A stretch of 63,903 nucleotides of DNA, filler included, from Acetivibrio sp. (GTDB lineage: Bacteria > Bacillota > Clostridia > Acetivibrionales > Acetivibrionaceae), in assembly GCF_035371925.1 (NCBI RefSeq). It is 4 parts of 4 records of this genome, joined end to end, with 100 filler letters (N's around TTAATTAATTAA, not from the genome) between each part and the next. Parts side by side here need not be neighbours in the genome. Positions count along the whole stretch, not along the records: positions 59,726 to 63,903 come from NZ_DAORXT010000145.1; 3 more parts are not named here. One strand, given 5' to 3'. The notes beneath the pieces were generated by a model that was given only the letters and a program-made list of their open reading frames with translations, was not told the DNA's origin and ran no database searches. The position numbers were made by a program, and so were the translations under genes. Below are positions 62,591-63,903 of the stretch, piece by piece (position 1 is the stretch's first letter; every line of letters starts with the position of its first letter).

Positions 62591-62658
62591 TTATTTGGCC
62601 TCTTGGAATGAAATGAAAGAGGCAAAAGCGAAGTGACTCGAAGTCCCGAGCTTTTATT
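62591..62658. repeat. 68-bp dispersed structured repeat, copy 2
   Basis: 66/68 identical to 26786-26853 and bounded by TTATT at both ends. Confidence 0.85.
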
Positions 62659-63850
62659 GGGTATTTCCTATTTGTCTTATGGTTACCTTGACATTTACTT
62701 CGCTTTTAACATTAGGAAAAATGTCGTCCCACTTGTCTTTAACCTTGGCCCAGTACGAAGGTTTTTTGGTTTTAAGAGCAGTAGAAAAATGAAAAACATC
62801 CGTACCTATTTCCTGTATTTTTTCTATTGTTTCGATACACTGCTCTTTTATTGATTTTTCAAAGGCCTTTTGGGCTTTTTCTATAAAATCATCGTCGATT
62901 TTCTCGGTAAGATCGTGATTTACTGTTTCTGTATAATTTCCTTTAATATCTATGTCTATCTTGAAAGAGACATCGTCACCCTGAATTACAGGTGTGATTT
63001 TGGCTTTTGATTTGACTACTTCAAGGCTCATTACACCATTATCGGAATGCTCATCCGGAATAACCTCTGAAGTAAAGATGCCGCCTAAATACACGTTGTG
63101 CAGTATTTTGATAATTTCAACATTCTGACCGTCCGCCCATCCCACCATTTTGTCCTTTTTAAATAGAGCGGTGCCCTTGTTCATTATTTCGTAAGAAGTT
63201 ACTTCTATGGCGGGAAGATGGAAATCTTCACCTGAATATACGGATTGAACAGCTTGGCCAAGGTCTGACCAGTGTACTATTTCTCCATTTACCTTTGCAT
63301 TTTTGGTTATTTTGGAGAGGTATATGGAAGCATAGTCTTCAACTCTTGGTATGATATTAAGGGCATCTTTTGCATTTCCGCTTGTTATAAATAATTTTGT
63401 TCTGCTTCTCATTTCGGGGTCCCGTATAAACAAATCAAGGACATTCTTAAGCCCCTTTCTTGCAACTTCTTCCGAAATAACAATGACCTGAAGATGCTCG
63501 TAATAGGGCACTAAATTTGTTCTTGTCGCAATGGTGCGGTTTATTTCTATAAAGGAATTGCCCACCTGGGTAATGTCCCATGTCTTGATCATGCCGGGAT
63601 CTGAACCTCCTCCCGTTTGGATGTTGGGAAGTGTGGCATGCTTTACAACGGGTATCTGAATGGTCATGGCATAAGTGGCATTGCCGGTGTGAACTTCTGT
63701 GCCGGATTCAAACATTTTTTCCTGCTTACTTATCGGATTGTTTTCTTCATTTTTTGGGCTTTGGGGGAGTGGGGGATATGCATCGATTGCGATACCGATT
63801 ACGTATGCCCTGTCTTCTATATCTATAGAATCCCAGCACGTTGAGACCAT
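62654..63850 (-). CDS. Spore germination receptor C subunit, Ger(x)C family
   Basis: CWDSIDIEDRAYVIGIAID, HLQVIVISEE, DLFIRDPEMR and DVFHF...W. The 5' end is uncertain at the window edge. Confidence 0.85.
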   Translation of the reverse strand: MVSTCWDSIDIEDRAYVIGIAIDAYPPLPQSPKNEENNPISKQEKMFESGTEVHTGNATYAMTIQIPVVKHATLPNIQTGGGSDPGMIKTWDITQVGNSFIEINRTIATRTNLVPYYEHLQVIVISEEVARKGLKNVLDLFIRDPEMRSRTKLFITSGNAKDALNIIPRVEDYASIYLSKITKNAKVNGEIVHWSDLGQAVQSVYSGEDFHLPAIEVTSYEIMNKGTALFKKDKMVGWADGQNVEIIKILHNVYLGGIFTSEVIPDEHSDNGVMSLEVVKSKAKITPVIQGDDVSFKIDIDIKGNYTETVNHDLTEKIDDDFIEKAQKAFEKSIKEQCIETIEKIQEIGTDVFHFSTALKTKKPSYWAKVKDKWDDIFPNVKSEVNVKVTIRQIGNTQ

Positions 63851-63903
63851 AACAGTGCTATATAGACGGTAAAGTGGCTTGAAGCAAGGGTTGGGTGGGA
63901 TTT

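Noticed and set aside
1..63903. tRNA, rRNA, cas genes, integrases or transposases
   Set aside because: None recognised in the sequence or the ORF track.

Overview
The window is four unrelated draft-assembly contigs joined by artificial 100-bp linkers (N-run + TTAATTAATTAA + N-run at 19978-20077, 40019-40118 and 59626-59725), so adjacency across the linkers is not biological. Gene content and protein sequences point to a cellulosome-producing close relative of Acetivibrio (Clostridium) thermocellus. Segment 1 (1-19977) holds housekeeping genes (yebC, an orphan histidine kinase, yigZ, lepB, frameshifted hflX, a LexA-boxed dinB cassette, dut, a U32 protein, zapA) and the GH48-dockerin exoglucanase CelS with a sigma-I-type promoter about 550 bp upstream. 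Segment 2 (20078-40018) holds cotJABC, rpsO-pnp, an M16 peptidase, spoVFAB, and the rex-adhE-kinase-hfsABC-trimeric [FeFe]-hydrogenase cluster. Segment 3 (40119-59625) holds the degenerate trailer end of a CRISPR array, mntR/feoAB, a VTC-DUF4956-CotH kinase operon divergent from a two-component system, a CDF transporter, T-box-trpBA, mntP and sppA-RDD. Segment 4 (59726-63903) holds T-box-cysE-cysS and a Ger(x)C gene. The best leads are the VTC/DUF4956/CotH module, a 68-bp structured mini-element present twice with TTATT direct repeats, an RDD::rhamnose-mutarotase-like fusion, the LexA-dinB-small protein cassette, and a kinase/phosphatase pair inside the adhE-hydrogenase operon. All calls come from motif recognition by eye; no database searches were run.
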